Part shown: positions 17,787 through 26,140 of the stretch, piece by piece
Numbering within the stretch: position 1 is the stretch's first letter
How the letters are laid out: every line of letters begins with the position of its first letter
Source of the DNA: Gaiellales bacterium
GTDB lineage: Bacteria > Actinomycetota > Thermoleophilia > Gaiellales > JAICJC01
DNA: 64,000 nucleotides
Assembly: GCA_035473255.1 (NCBI GenBank)
Contig: DATIOK010000068.1
Coordinates: forward strand, 11,858 to 75,857
Direction of reading: 5' to 3'
Notes under the pieces: generated by a model
The model's input: only the letters and a program-made list of their open reading frames with translations
Database searches by the model: none
What the model was told of the DNA's origin: nothing
Position numbers and translations under genes: made by a program

Positions 17787-18908
17787 ATGCGCCCGCGCTC
17801 CGAAAGCTCGCGCCGGTTCGACGATCTCATCGCCGTGATCGAGTCGACCCGTGCGCTTTCATCTGCTGCCGACATCCCTGAGGCGATGTCGATGTTCGCG
17901 CGCGAGCTGACGCTGCTGTTCGACGCGTCGGCCTGCCTGATCTCGTCGTACGACCCGGAGACGCAGGCGGTCACCGACTGGGCGGCGCACGTGATCCCGC
18001 CCGCAAAGCTGAACCTGGTCGCGGAGGACTACTCGCTGTCGGAGTACCCGGCCACGCTCGAGGTGCTGACGTCGCTGAAGTCGTCGACCACGTCGGCCGG
18101 CAGCGGCGGCGATCCGGCCGAGCTGGCGTTCCTGGCCGAGATGGGATTCAAGGCCAGCATGATGACGCCGCTTGTGATGAACGGGAAGCCGGTCGGGCTG
18201 ATCGAGCTGTTCGACTCGCGGGCCCGGACGTTCACGCCCGACGACATCGAGTTCTGCCGGCTGCTGTCGGATCACGCCGGGATCGTGCTGGGCACGGCCA
18301 CGCTGGCCGAGCGGTTGGACGAGCAGCACCTGGCCACGGTCGGTGCGCTGGCGGCCGCGCTCGAGGCGAAGGACGCCTACACCGGCAACCACGCGCAGGC
18401 GATCGCGGAGTTCGCGGTGGCGGTGGGCGAGGAGCTGGGCCTGTCGGGACGGGAGTTGCGGGCGACGCGCATGGGCGCGCTGCTGCACGACGTCGGCAAG
18501 ATCGGGATCCCGGAGTCGATTCTGAACAAGCCGGGGCCGTTGACCGACGACGAGTTCACGGTGATGAAGCGCCATACGGTGATCGGCGCCGACATCATCT
18601 CCGGCATCCCCGGCATGGAGGAGGTCGTCGCCCTGGTTCGCTCGTCGCACGAGCGCTGGGACGGCCGCGGCTATCCGGATGGGCTGCAGGGCAACGAGGT
18701 GCCGCGCGGGGCGTACGTGATCGCGGTCTGCGACGCGTACCACGCGATGACCGAAGATCGGGTGTACCGCAAGGCGATGTCGGTCGAGGGCGCTGTCGAG
18801 GAGCTGCGGCGCTGCTGCGGATCGCAGTTCATGCCGGCCGCGATCGAGGCGCTGATCGCCGTCGTCGAACGGCCCCAGCGCCGCGTGCGCTACAGCCAGG
18901 CTGCCTGA
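17787..18908 (+). CDS. GAF domain-containing HD-GYP phosphohydrolase (probable c-di-GMP phosphodiesterase)
   Basis: N-terminal GAF-like region. The HD-GYP core shows HAQAIAEFAV, LHDVGKIGIP, TVMKRHTVIG and HERWDGRGYPDGL. Confidence 0.85.
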   Translation: MRPRSESSRRFDDLIAVIESTRALSSAADIPEAMSMFARELTLLFDASACLISSYDPETQAVTDWAAHVIPPAKLNLVAEDYSLSEYPATLEVLTSLKSSTTSAGSGGDPAELAFLAEMGFKASMMTPLVMNGKPVGLIELFDSRARTFTPDDIEFCRLLSDHAGIVLGTATLAERLDEQHLATVGALAAALEAKDAYTGNHAQAIAEFAVAVGEELGLSGRELRATRMGALLHDVGKIGIPESILNKPGPLTDDEFTVMKRHTVIGADIISGIPGMEEVVALVRSSHERWDGRGYPDGLQGNEVPRGAYVIAVCDAYHAMTEDRVYRKAMSVEGAVEELRRCCGSQFMPAAIEALIAVVERPQRRVRYSQAA

Positions 18909-19014
18909 CGCTTTCGCGCGCTGCGCGTGACGCCTGGGCGGGATGCCGCTGCACTCATCACGTCACGACCTTCGCAGGCACCTCGTCACAACCGTGCGAC
19001 TTCGTAACCGCCGC

Positions 19015-19178
19015 GTTGGTAACACCCGTGCCAGGCGCCGGCGTTGCGCCCCGGATCGAGGATCTGGGCGTCGTCCGGGCCGAGTTCGCGGCGAGGCGCG
19101 AAACGCCCCGGCGTGAGCCGCGTGACGGCTTGGAACGCTGCCGTTGGCAACGCCGGTGCCAGGCGTGGCTGTTGCGCC
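19015..19178. repeat. pair of 36-nt direct repeats in convergent intergenic region
   Basis: GTTGGTAACACCCGTGCCAGGCGCCGGCGTTGCGCC (19015..19050) versus GTTGGCAACGCCGGTGCCAGGCGTGGCTGTTGCGCC (19143..19178); 29/36 identical by my count. The ORFs covering this 282-nt gap are Arg-rich shadow ORFs. Confidence 0.4.
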
Positions 19179-19190
19179 GACCGCCGCGTG

Positions 19191-20462
19191 TCAGGCAGGT
19201 GACGGGCTGCCCAGCACGTCCTCGCAGGCGCAGAGGTCGCCGCCGCGTGCGACGACCCAGTCCAGCAGGCGCTCGTAGCAGCGATCCCAGCCGCGGGCGT
19301 AGGGGCCTGCGAAGCGGTCGTTGTGCCAGAGGATGGCGACCGTGCCGCCCGCCTCGGCGACCCGTTCGAGCACGGCGATCGACCGCAGATACCCTGCTTC
19401 GGCGTCCAACCCTAGATAGCGCCGGTCGGAGAGGGTCGCGTCCATCACCGCCAGCGGCAGTTCGACCAGGCCCAGCGGCCGCTCGGAGGCCAGGTCGTAG
19501 GGGTGGTAGGGGAACGAGAAGCCGGCCCGCAGCCCGGGACGGTCGGCGTAGCCCTGGCTCGAGTCGAGCGCGAAGCCGAGCCCGTCCAGCTCGGCCAGCG
19601 AGCGGTGCGGGTCGTGCCGCAGGAAGTGGAAGCGGGCGCTGCGAAGCGGCGCCGGCGCCAGCGCCGCCAGCCGCTCCTGCTCGCCGCGCAGCCGTTCGGG
19701 GTGGTCGCTGGTCGTGTAGCTGGGGTGCAGCCCCACCTCGTCTCCGTTGGCGGTGATCCGGTCGACCATCCGGGCACGCACCTCGTCGTAGGCGGCCGCG
19801 TCGCCGTCGGCCGGATGATGGTGCCCAGCCATCAGGAAGTGCGTCGATCGCCCGCCGCGCACTTCCTCGATCTCGTGGATCCGCTGGAACGCCCAGTTCG
19901 GGTCGCGCTCGCGCGCCAGATCGATCGGCAGCCATGCCAGCCCCCGTGCCTCCGCCACCAGCTCACCGCGGTTTCGCTCGAGCGCCGCCGTCCGCATGCG
20001 CCCGCCGGCCGCGACCACGCTGCGCTTGCTCGTCCACCGCCGCGGCGTGTCGATGTCGTGCGTCAACACCACCCTGAACCCTTGACGCCGTTCCAGCCCG
20101 GTCGCATCCCGGAACCGTTCGAGCAGCGCATCCACGGCCGGCTGCTCTGGATCGGCCAGCGCGTTCGCCGCCGTGAACCGTCCGTGCCTGTCCCGCGGCG
20201 ACCCCGCCCGCTCCTCCCAGCGGGACAGGTGCCAGAACGCGCTCGCAACCACGTCCTCGACCCCGTCCCCGAAGTCCAGCAGGCCACCCTCCTGCAGCAC
20301 CGGCGGCGCCGCCTCGCCGCGGTCGAAGTACTCCCACGCCGCCTCCGAGCCGGGCAGCCCCGACGACGGGTACGCGATCTCGGCTGCGCCCTGCTTCGGC
20401 GCGGCGCAGGCCGTCGCCAGCGTCTCGACCACCCACTCGGCCCGCGCGTTCACCGGCCGCAT
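19191..20462 (-). CDS. polysaccharide deacetylase-like protein (N-terminal unknown domain + deacetylase-type fold)
   Basis: ATG at 20462..20460 (MRPVNARAEW...), in frame with ORF 19191..20729. VVLTHDIDTPRRW, GLHPSY and ILWHND resemble NodB-superfamily/DUF-type deacetylases. The family call is moderate only. 13-nt overlap with the upstream ATP-grasp gene. Confidence 0.65.
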   Translation of the reverse strand: MRPVNARAEWVVETLATACAAPKQGAAEIAYPSSGLPGSEAAWEYFDRGEAAPPVLQEGGLLDFGDGVEDVVASAFWHLSRWEERAGSPRDRHGRFTAANALADPEQPAVDALLERFRDATGLERRQGFRVVLTHDIDTPRRWTSKRSVVAAGGRMRTAALERNRGELVAEARGLAWLPIDLARERDPNWAFQRIHEIEEVRGGRSTHFLMAGHHHPADGDAAAYDEVRARMVDRITANGDEVGLHPSYTTSDHPERLRGEQERLAALAPAPLRSARFHFLRHDPHRSLAELDGLGFALDSSQGYADRPGLRAGFSFPYHPYDLASERPLGLVELPLAVMDATLSDRRYLGLDAEAGYLRSIAVLERVAEAGGTVAILWHNDRFAGPYARGWDRCYERLLDWVVARGGDLCACEDVLGSPSPA

Positions 20463-21637
20463 CCGCGCAGCGCGCCGTAGACCTGGTGCACCCCCGGCAT
20501 CGGATCGCGCAGCGACAGCACCGGCTCCGAGAACGGCGGTCGCAGCGGCGCCAGCGTCTTGCGCAGCCCCAGCCGGTCGCGCCGGCTCTCCCGCAGATGC
20601 CGCACCAGCGCCACCCAGCGCCTGTGGCCGGCTCGCTCGCTGGTCGCCTCCCGCACCGGCAGTCCCAGTACGTCCCGGTAGGCGATCTCCACCAGGTCGA
20701 CGCCGCAGTCGGACGCCAGCGAGTGCCACTGCCAGAGCCGCGCGTTCACCTCCATCAGCCGCAGCTCCCCGTCCCGTGGATCGAGCTTGTACTCGACCTG
20801 CGAGATGCCGTGGAAGCCCAGCTCGCGGAGCAGGCGCAGTGCCCCGTCAACGGCGTCCGGGCTCCATATCGCTTCGCCAACACGGCAGGTTCCGACGCCG
20901 GCCGGCGCCTGCAGCAGCTTCCTGCCGCAGAACACGCCCAGCGCCCGCCCCTCGCCGTCCAGATAGCTGCCCACCGTCCACAGCGAGTCGTCTCCGCCCG
21001 GTATCAGCTCCTGGAACATCGGCTGGAACGGCTCTCCCAGCCGGTAGGCGGCCACCAGCGCCGCGGCGTCCGCGGCCTCGATCAGCGGCTTCCCGTAGCG
21101 CGCCTTGAACCCGTTGCCCAGCGACGGCTTCATCACCGCCGGGTAGGGGATGGCGGCCGCCGCCTCCTGTGCTTCCTCGACGGACGCCGGGTGAAACGTC
21201 TCCGGAAGCCGCACCCCGACCCGCTCGGCTGCCGCGTACTGGAAACGCTTCGCCTGCACCCGATCAATCAGCTCGCTCGGGCCGAACGGCAGCCGCAGGC
21301 CCGCCGGCGCCGCGTCGTTCACCGCCACCAGGTAATCGTCGTGGGTGGGAAAGGCCACGGCCTCGCGCCCGAGCGCATCGCACACCCCAGAGAGGTGCTC
21401 TGCGAACCGCTCCCGCTCGCCCGGCGGCGGGCCGACGACGCCCAGCGCCAACCGCGAGCGCATCCCCAGTCCGTCGCGCCTGTGGTCGAGCGCCACAACC
21501 GGCACCCCGATCCGCGAAAGGCTCCGAATCGCCGACAGCCCGTTCACATACGAGCACTCGAACACCAGCGCCGGCGCCTTCTCGGAGCCGTCGGCAAGCC
21601 GTGCCAGCCGCTCCCGCAGCGCCGGGCCGAGTCCCAC
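20450..21637 (-). CDS. ATP-grasp domain protein (carboxylate-amine ligase type)
   Basis: PAVMKPS (ATP-binding Lys), QELIPGG, ISQVEYK and LMEVNARLWQWH (E-x-N Mg-ATP site) are present. N-terminal pre-ATP-grasp Rossmann-like region. Confidence 0.75.
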   Translation of the reverse strand: MGLGPALRERLARLADGSEKAPALVFECSYVNGLSAIRSLSRIGVPVVALDHRRDGLGMRSRLALGVVGPPPGERERFAEHLSGVCDALGREAVAFPTHDDYLVAVNDAAPAGLRLPFGPSELIDRVQAKRFQYAAAERVGVRLPETFHPASVEEAQEAAAAIPYPAVMKPSLGNGFKARYGKPLIEAADAAALVAAYRLGEPFQPMFQELIPGGDDSLWTVGSYLDGEGRALGVFCGRKLLQAPAGVGTCRVGEAIWSPDAVDGALRLLRELGFHGISQVEYKLDPRDGELRLMEVNARLWQWHSLASDCGVDLVEIAYRDVLGLPVREATSERAGHRRWVALVRHLRESRRDRLGLRKTLAPLRPPFSEPVLSLRDPMPGVHQVYGALRGCGR

Positions 21638-21639
21638 CC

Positions 21640-22437
21640 TCAGGCCCCCTGCCAGCCCATGCTGCGGCCCAGCCGCTGCTCAAGCCTGCTGTTCGGCTCC
21701 GCGTAGAACGCGGCCAGCTCCGCCCGCGTCTCCGGCAGCATGGAGCTGTAGACGACCTGGTTTCGCGCCGCGAATGTCGTGCGTGCGGTGTCCGGCCGCA
21801 GACCCAGGAACGCCACCGTCTGCGCGTACACCTCGCCCGGCCGCTCGAACATGTCCTCGCTTCGCAGCACCAGCAGCCGCTCCGGCGGAAACCTCGCCCA
21901 CCAGCGCTCCAGCTGCTCCAGGTAGAGCCCGCGGGTGCGGTAGGACTGCACCCCGTACGCCTCGCCGCGGTAGGCGGGATCGCTCAGCAGCCGGGCCTCC
22001 TCGCCGGCCAGCCGCTCCGGTTCGGCCGCGAGCGCCTGCTCGAAGCTGAGCGGCTCCCGCCCGTTCCGCTGAGCCAGCTGGTAGTGCGAGTAGGCGCGCT
22101 CCACCGGGTCGCGCAGGATCGCGATCAGCCGCGCGTCCGGCAGCATCGCGGCCACCCGCCCTGGCACCGCGGGGTGCGACAGGTAGTGGGTGGTCGCCTC
22201 GCCGGTGATCGCGCGGCGCGCCCGCAGGTGCGCCCGCAGCGGGAACAGCCGGCGGTAGAAGTCCTCTCCGCGAAGGTGATTGTTGTCGAAGAAGTGCGGC
22301 TCCTTGTGCGCGCCGGCCAGCACCTGCGGATGCCCGCAGAGGGTCGTGTACAGCGACGTCGACCCGCACCGCTGACCGCCGATAAGCAGGAAGTCGGGCA
22401 GCGCCCGCGCATTTCGGGTGATGGTGCGAAATCGCAT
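21640..22437 (-). CDS. sulfotransferase family protein
   Basis: ATG at 22437..22435 (MRFRTITRN...), in frame with ORF 21640..22758. The 5'-PSB loop is LLIGGQRCGSTSL. The 3'-PB region is LIAILRDPVERAYSHY. 2-nt gap to the ATP-grasp gene. Confidence 0.75.
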   Translation of the reverse strand: MRFRTITRNARALPDFLLIGGQRCGSTSLYTTLCGHPQVLAGAHKEPHFFDNNHLRGEDFYRRLFPLRAHLRARRAITGEATTHYLSHPAVPGRVAAMLPDARLIAILRDPVERAYSHYQLAQRNGREPLSFEQALAAEPERLAGEEARLLSDPAYRGEAYGVQSYRTRGLYLEQLERWWARFPPERLLVLRSEDMFERPGEVYAQTVAFLGLRPDTARTTFAARNQVVYSSMLPETRAELAAFYAEPNSRLEQRLGRSMGWQGA

Positions 22438-22623
22438 GTGCGCGCGCTCGCCGGCGCCGCGCGCGCGCTCCGGCGCGGGCGGTGGTGGTGCGGTCGTGTG
22501 GGGTCCGGCGGCCATCTGCGAACGGTATTCTGCCCGACCGCGGTCGGCGCGCAGCGCCGCTACCTCGGTTAGCATTTCCAGCGCCTTGGAGACCCGCACC
22601 GACGTCCCCGGCGACCCGAGACC

Positions 22624-23475
22624 GTGACCGGCCACCGGATGGTGTTCCTGGGCGGCCTGCACCGCAGTGGCACCACCATGCTCGCGCGGCTGTTGGCGGA
22701 GCATCCGCAGGTCAGCGGCTTCGACGGCACCGGCGTACCTGCTGACGAGGGCCAGCACATACAGGACGTCTACCCGGTCGTCTCACAGGGCCACCAGGCC
22801 GGGCGGTTCGCGCTGCTGCCCGAGGCGCATCTCACCGAGCGCTCAGCTCTGGTCACCGATGCGAACCGGCGGGCGCTGTGGGAGAGCTGGCGCCCTCACT
22901 GGGACGAGAGCCGGCAGGTGCTGATCGAAAAGTCGCCGCCCAACCTGCTGATGACCCGGTTCCTGCAGGCCATGTTCCCCGACGCATCGTTCGTGCTGGT
23001 CGTCCGCCACCCGATCGCCGTCTCGGCCGCCACTCAGAAGTGGAGCGCCACCCGGCCGCACGCGCTGCTCGCCCACTGGGCGGCGGCGCACCGCACCCTG
23101 CGCGGCGACCTGCCCTCGCTGCAGCGCGCCATGATCGTCCGCTACGAGCAGCTGGTGGCCGACCCCGACCGCGAGCTGGCGCGGGTGTTCCGGTTCACCG
23201 GGCTGGATGACCACGCGCCCGGCCGCTCGGTCGCCGAGGGCATCAACCCCGACAACTTCGCCGGCGACCGCACCCCGCGCGGCGGCAGCAACCAGCGCTA
23301 CTTCGAAAGCTGGAACGCCCGCCGCCGCTCCCTGGCACGGCGCGTATACCTCGACCTGGCCGAGCGCCGCTGCCGACCCGAGGCGGCGCGGTTCGGCTAC
23401 GCGATGCGGCCGCCTGCCGAGCGGCCGGCGTCCGACCCGCTGGTGGCCCGGCTGCTCGAGCAAGGCGGCGCGTGA
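22624..23475 (+). CDS. sulfotransferase family protein (second, divergent)
   Basis: The 5'-PSB loop is FLGGLHRSGTTMLARLL. VLVVRHPIAVS is a 3'-PB-like region. GTG 22624, or ATG 22639 as an alternative start. Confidence 0.75.
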   Translation: MTGHRMVFLGGLHRSGTTMLARLLAEHPQVSGFDGTGVPADEGQHIQDVYPVVSQGHQAGRFALLPEAHLTERSALVTDANRRALWESWRPHWDESRQVLIEKSPPNLLMTRFLQAMFPDASFVLVVRHPIAVSAATQKWSATRPHALLAHWAAAHRTLRGDLPSLQRAMIVRYEQLVADPDRELARVFRFTGLDDHAPGRSVAEGINPDNFAGDRTPRGGSNQRYFESWNARRRSLARRVYLDLAERRCRPEAARFGYAMRPPAERPASDPLVARLLEQGGA

Positions 23476-24983
23476 GCACCCCGGGCCAGCAGGGCATGCT
23501 CGCCGAGGGCCGCCGCATGCGGTCGCTGGCCGGCCAGTCCCTGATCTACGGCATGAGCGGGGTGATCGGGCGCTTCGCCGGGTTCTTCCTGATCCCGGTC
23601 TACCTGCACGCGGCCGGCGCCAAGGCCTACGGCACCGTCGACCTGATGCTATCGGCCGTGCTGCTGGCCTCGATCCTGCTGCGGGTGGGCATCGTCACCA
23701 CCATGTCGCGGTTCACCCTGGGCGAGGGCGAGACCGACTGGGCGCCCGTCATCCACACCATCTTCGTGTTCGTGATGACGGCCGCTACGCTGGGCGTGCT
23801 GGTCGGATGGGTGTTCCGGGGCTTCATCGGCCACGTGTTGCAGGTGGACACCGACATCGTGCTGGCCGGCCTGTTCGGGCTCTGGATCAGCATGAACTAC
23901 GACGTGATGGCGCGGGTCTACCGGATCGAGCGGCGGGCCAAGGCATGGGTGCGCTTCACGCTCCTGAACATCCTGCTGACCACGATCCTGACGCTGCTCT
24001 TGGTGGTCGTCTTCGACCAGGGGGCCCTCGGCCTGCTGGTCGGAAACTTCACCGGCACCGCGCTGGTCTACCTGATCGTCGTGGTCGCCCGCCGCCACAC
24101 GATCGGCATTCGCCGCTTCGACCGGCCGGTGCTGCGCGACCTGCTCACCTATTCGCTGCCGCTGATGCCGGCCAACATCGCGCTGTGGGCGTTGAACCTG
24201 GCCGACCGCATCCAGGTGCAGCGGCTGGCCGGCCACCAGGAGCTGGGCACCTACTCGGTGGCGGCGCGTCTGGGGGTGCCGGTGTTGGTGCTGATGGGCG
24301 CCTTCCAGACGGCGTGGGCGCCGTTCGCCCACGACGTCCGCGGCCAGGAGGGCGACGACCAGGCCAAGCGCACGTACGCATCGGTGCTGACGTACTGGTC
24401 GGTCGTGATGGGCTGGGGGCTGGTGGCGATCAGCCTGACGGCGCCGCCCTACATCGGCTACTTCCTGCCCAAGAACACCCAGGGGGCGATGCCGGTGGTG
24501 ACACTGCTGGCCGCGGGCACGGTGCTCTACGGCGGCTACCTGATCGTGAACATCGGCGTCACCATCAGCCTCCGCACCCGCATGACGCCGCTGATCGCCT
24601 CCGCCGCGGCCGCCGTCAATCTGGGCCTGAACTTCTGGGCGATCCCGCACTGGGGCATCGTCGGCGCCGGCCTGACCACCGTGCTCGGGTATGCGCTGCT
24701 GTTGTGGATGGGCTGGGCCAACTCGCAGCGCAGCTACCCGGTCCCCTACGAGTGGCTGCGTGTGGGGAAGGTGGCGGGGATGGCGGTGCTGCTGCTGGCG
24801 CTTTCGCAGTGGGTGATCCCGGCTACGGGGCTGATCGCCGTGGTCGTGCGGCTGCTGCTGGCGGCGCTGTTCCCGCTGATGCTGGTTCCGGTGGGGGCGC
24901 TCAGCAAGGGCGACGTGCGGAAGGGCTGGCGGATCATCGCCAGCCGCCTGCGCCGGCGCCCGCCTGCCGAGGCGGCCACGTGA
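23472..24983 (+). CDS. polysaccharide/oligosaccharide flippase (Wzx-like, MOP superfamily)
   Basis: 503 aa, hydrophobic throughout, with about 12-14 TM segments by eye. The N-terminal SLIYGMSGVIGRFAGFFLIPVY is typical of 'polysaccharide biosynthesis protein' flippases. GTGA overlap with the sulfotransferase. Confidence 0.8.
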   Translation: MSTPGQQGMLAEGRRMRSLAGQSLIYGMSGVIGRFAGFFLIPVYLHAAGAKAYGTVDLMLSAVLLASILLRVGIVTTMSRFTLGEGETDWAPVIHTIFVFVMTAATLGVLVGWVFRGFIGHVLQVDTDIVLAGLFGLWISMNYDVMARVYRIERRAKAWVRFTLLNILLTTILTLLLVVVFDQGALGLLVGNFTGTALVYLIVVVARRHTIGIRRFDRPVLRDLLTYSLPLMPANIALWALNLADRIQVQRLAGHQELGTYSVAARLGVPVLVLMGAFQTAWAPFAHDVRGQEGDDQAKRTYASVLTYWSVVMGWGLVAISLTAPPYIGYFLPKNTQGAMPVVTLLAAGTVLYGGYLIVNIGVTISLRTRMTPLIASAAAAVNLGLNFWAIPHWGIVGAGLTTVLGYALLLWMGWANSQRSYPVPYEWLRVGKVAGMAVLLLALSQWVIPATGLIAVVVRLLLAALFPLMLVPVGALSKGDVRKGWRIIASRLRRRPPAEAAT

Positions 24984-26131
24984 GCTCGGCGCCGCGACCG
25001 CTCCGGATCCTGGCCGTGGCCGACGCGCGGTCGATCCACACGCTGCGTTGGGCGCGGCGGCTGGCCGGCCGCGGGCACGACGTGCACGTCGTCTCCAACC
25101 GGGTGGGCGCGGATCCCCGCGAGACCGAGGGCATCACCGTCCACGACCTGCTGGCGCTGGAGCCGCTGATGCGCGTCCCCAGGCTGCGCCGCCTCCGCTT
25201 CGGCCCGGCCATCCGCCGGCTGGCGGCGTCCCTCGATGCCGACGTCGTGCACGGCCATGGGATCACGCCCTATGCCTACTGGGGCGCGCTGGCCGAGGTG
25301 CACCCCTACGTGGTGAGCCCCTGGGGCCGCGACGTGTTGCTGGACGCGCTCACGGAGCCGGGCCGCACCCGCGCGCTTCGCACGTGGCGGTCGGCCGACT
25401 ACCTGGTCGTCAACTCAGGGGCGATCGAGGCGGCGGCGGTGGCGGCCGGCGCCGACCCGACCCGGATCGCCCACATCATCTGGCACACCCAGCTTTCCGG
25501 ATTCGGTCCCGAGCAGGCCGACCGGGACGGTCTGCGTGACGAGCTGGGCTGGCCGCACGACGCCCTGATCGTGCTGTCGCTGCGCAACTTCCAGGAGCGA
25601 ACCAACATCGACGTGCTGGTGCGCGCGTTCGCCCGCGTTGCGCCATCGCATCCGTGCGCGCGGCTGCTGCTGGCAGCGCGGGGCGGCGAGACGCGAGCCC
25701 AGGTGGAGCAGGCGGTCGCCGATGCGGGGCTGGCCGACCGGATCCGGCTGCACCGGGTTGACCCCGACGGGCTGCCGCGGCTGGCGGCCTCGGGCGACAT
25801 CGTGGTGTCGATCGCCAGCACCGACTCGTCGCCGTCATCGCTGCTCGAGGCGATGGCCAGCGGGAACCCCCTGGTCGGCGGCTGGTGCCCGTCCATCGAC
25901 GAGTGGATCGGGCCGGGGGAGGGGGCGGAGATGGTGCAGCCCCGCGACGAGCAGGCGCTGGCGGCGGCGCTTGACCGGCTGCTGGCCGACGGCGCCCTCC
26001 GTGATCGCTATGCCGAGCGCAACCTCCGCATCGTGCGGGAACGGGTGGCGGAGTCGGCGCCGGCGATGGAGGCGCTGTACCGGCGGCTGATCGCAGAGCA
26101 TGCGGAGCGCTCGGCCGGACCGGTTTCCTAG
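24980..26131 (+). CDS. glycosyltransferase family 4 (GT-B fold)
   Basis: GTG 24980, in frame with ORF 23207..26131, overlapping the flippase TGA. LRILAVADARSIHTLRWARRLAGRGHDVHVV is the N-terminal Rossmann domain. SSLLEAMASGNPLVGG is the EX7E-type donor-binding motif. Confidence 0.8.
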   Translation: MSSAPRPLRILAVADARSIHTLRWARRLAGRGHDVHVVSNRVGADPRETEGITVHDLLALEPLMRVPRLRRLRFGPAIRRLAASLDADVVHGHGITPYAYWGALAEVHPYVVSPWGRDVLLDALTEPGRTRALRTWRSADYLVVNSGAIEAAAVAAGADPTRIAHIIWHTQLSGFGPEQADRDGLRDELGWPHDALIVLSLRNFQERTNIDVLVRAFARVAPSHPCARLLLAARGGETRAQVEQAVADAGLADRIRLHRVDPDGLPRLAASGDIVVSIASTDSSPSSLLEAMASGNPLVGGWCPSIDEWIGPGEGAEMVQPRDEQALAAALDRLLADGALRDRYAERNLRIVRERVAESAPAMEALYRRLIAEHAERSAGPVS

Positions 26132-26140
26132 ACTGCGGCG

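Noticed and set aside
23207-24979. N-terminal 590 codons of the 974-aa ORF 23207..26131
   Set aside because: This part is out of frame over the sulfotransferase and flippase genes, and is Arg/Pro/Gly-rich. The recognisable GT4 sequence begins at GTG 24980, which forms a GTGA overlap with the flippase stop.
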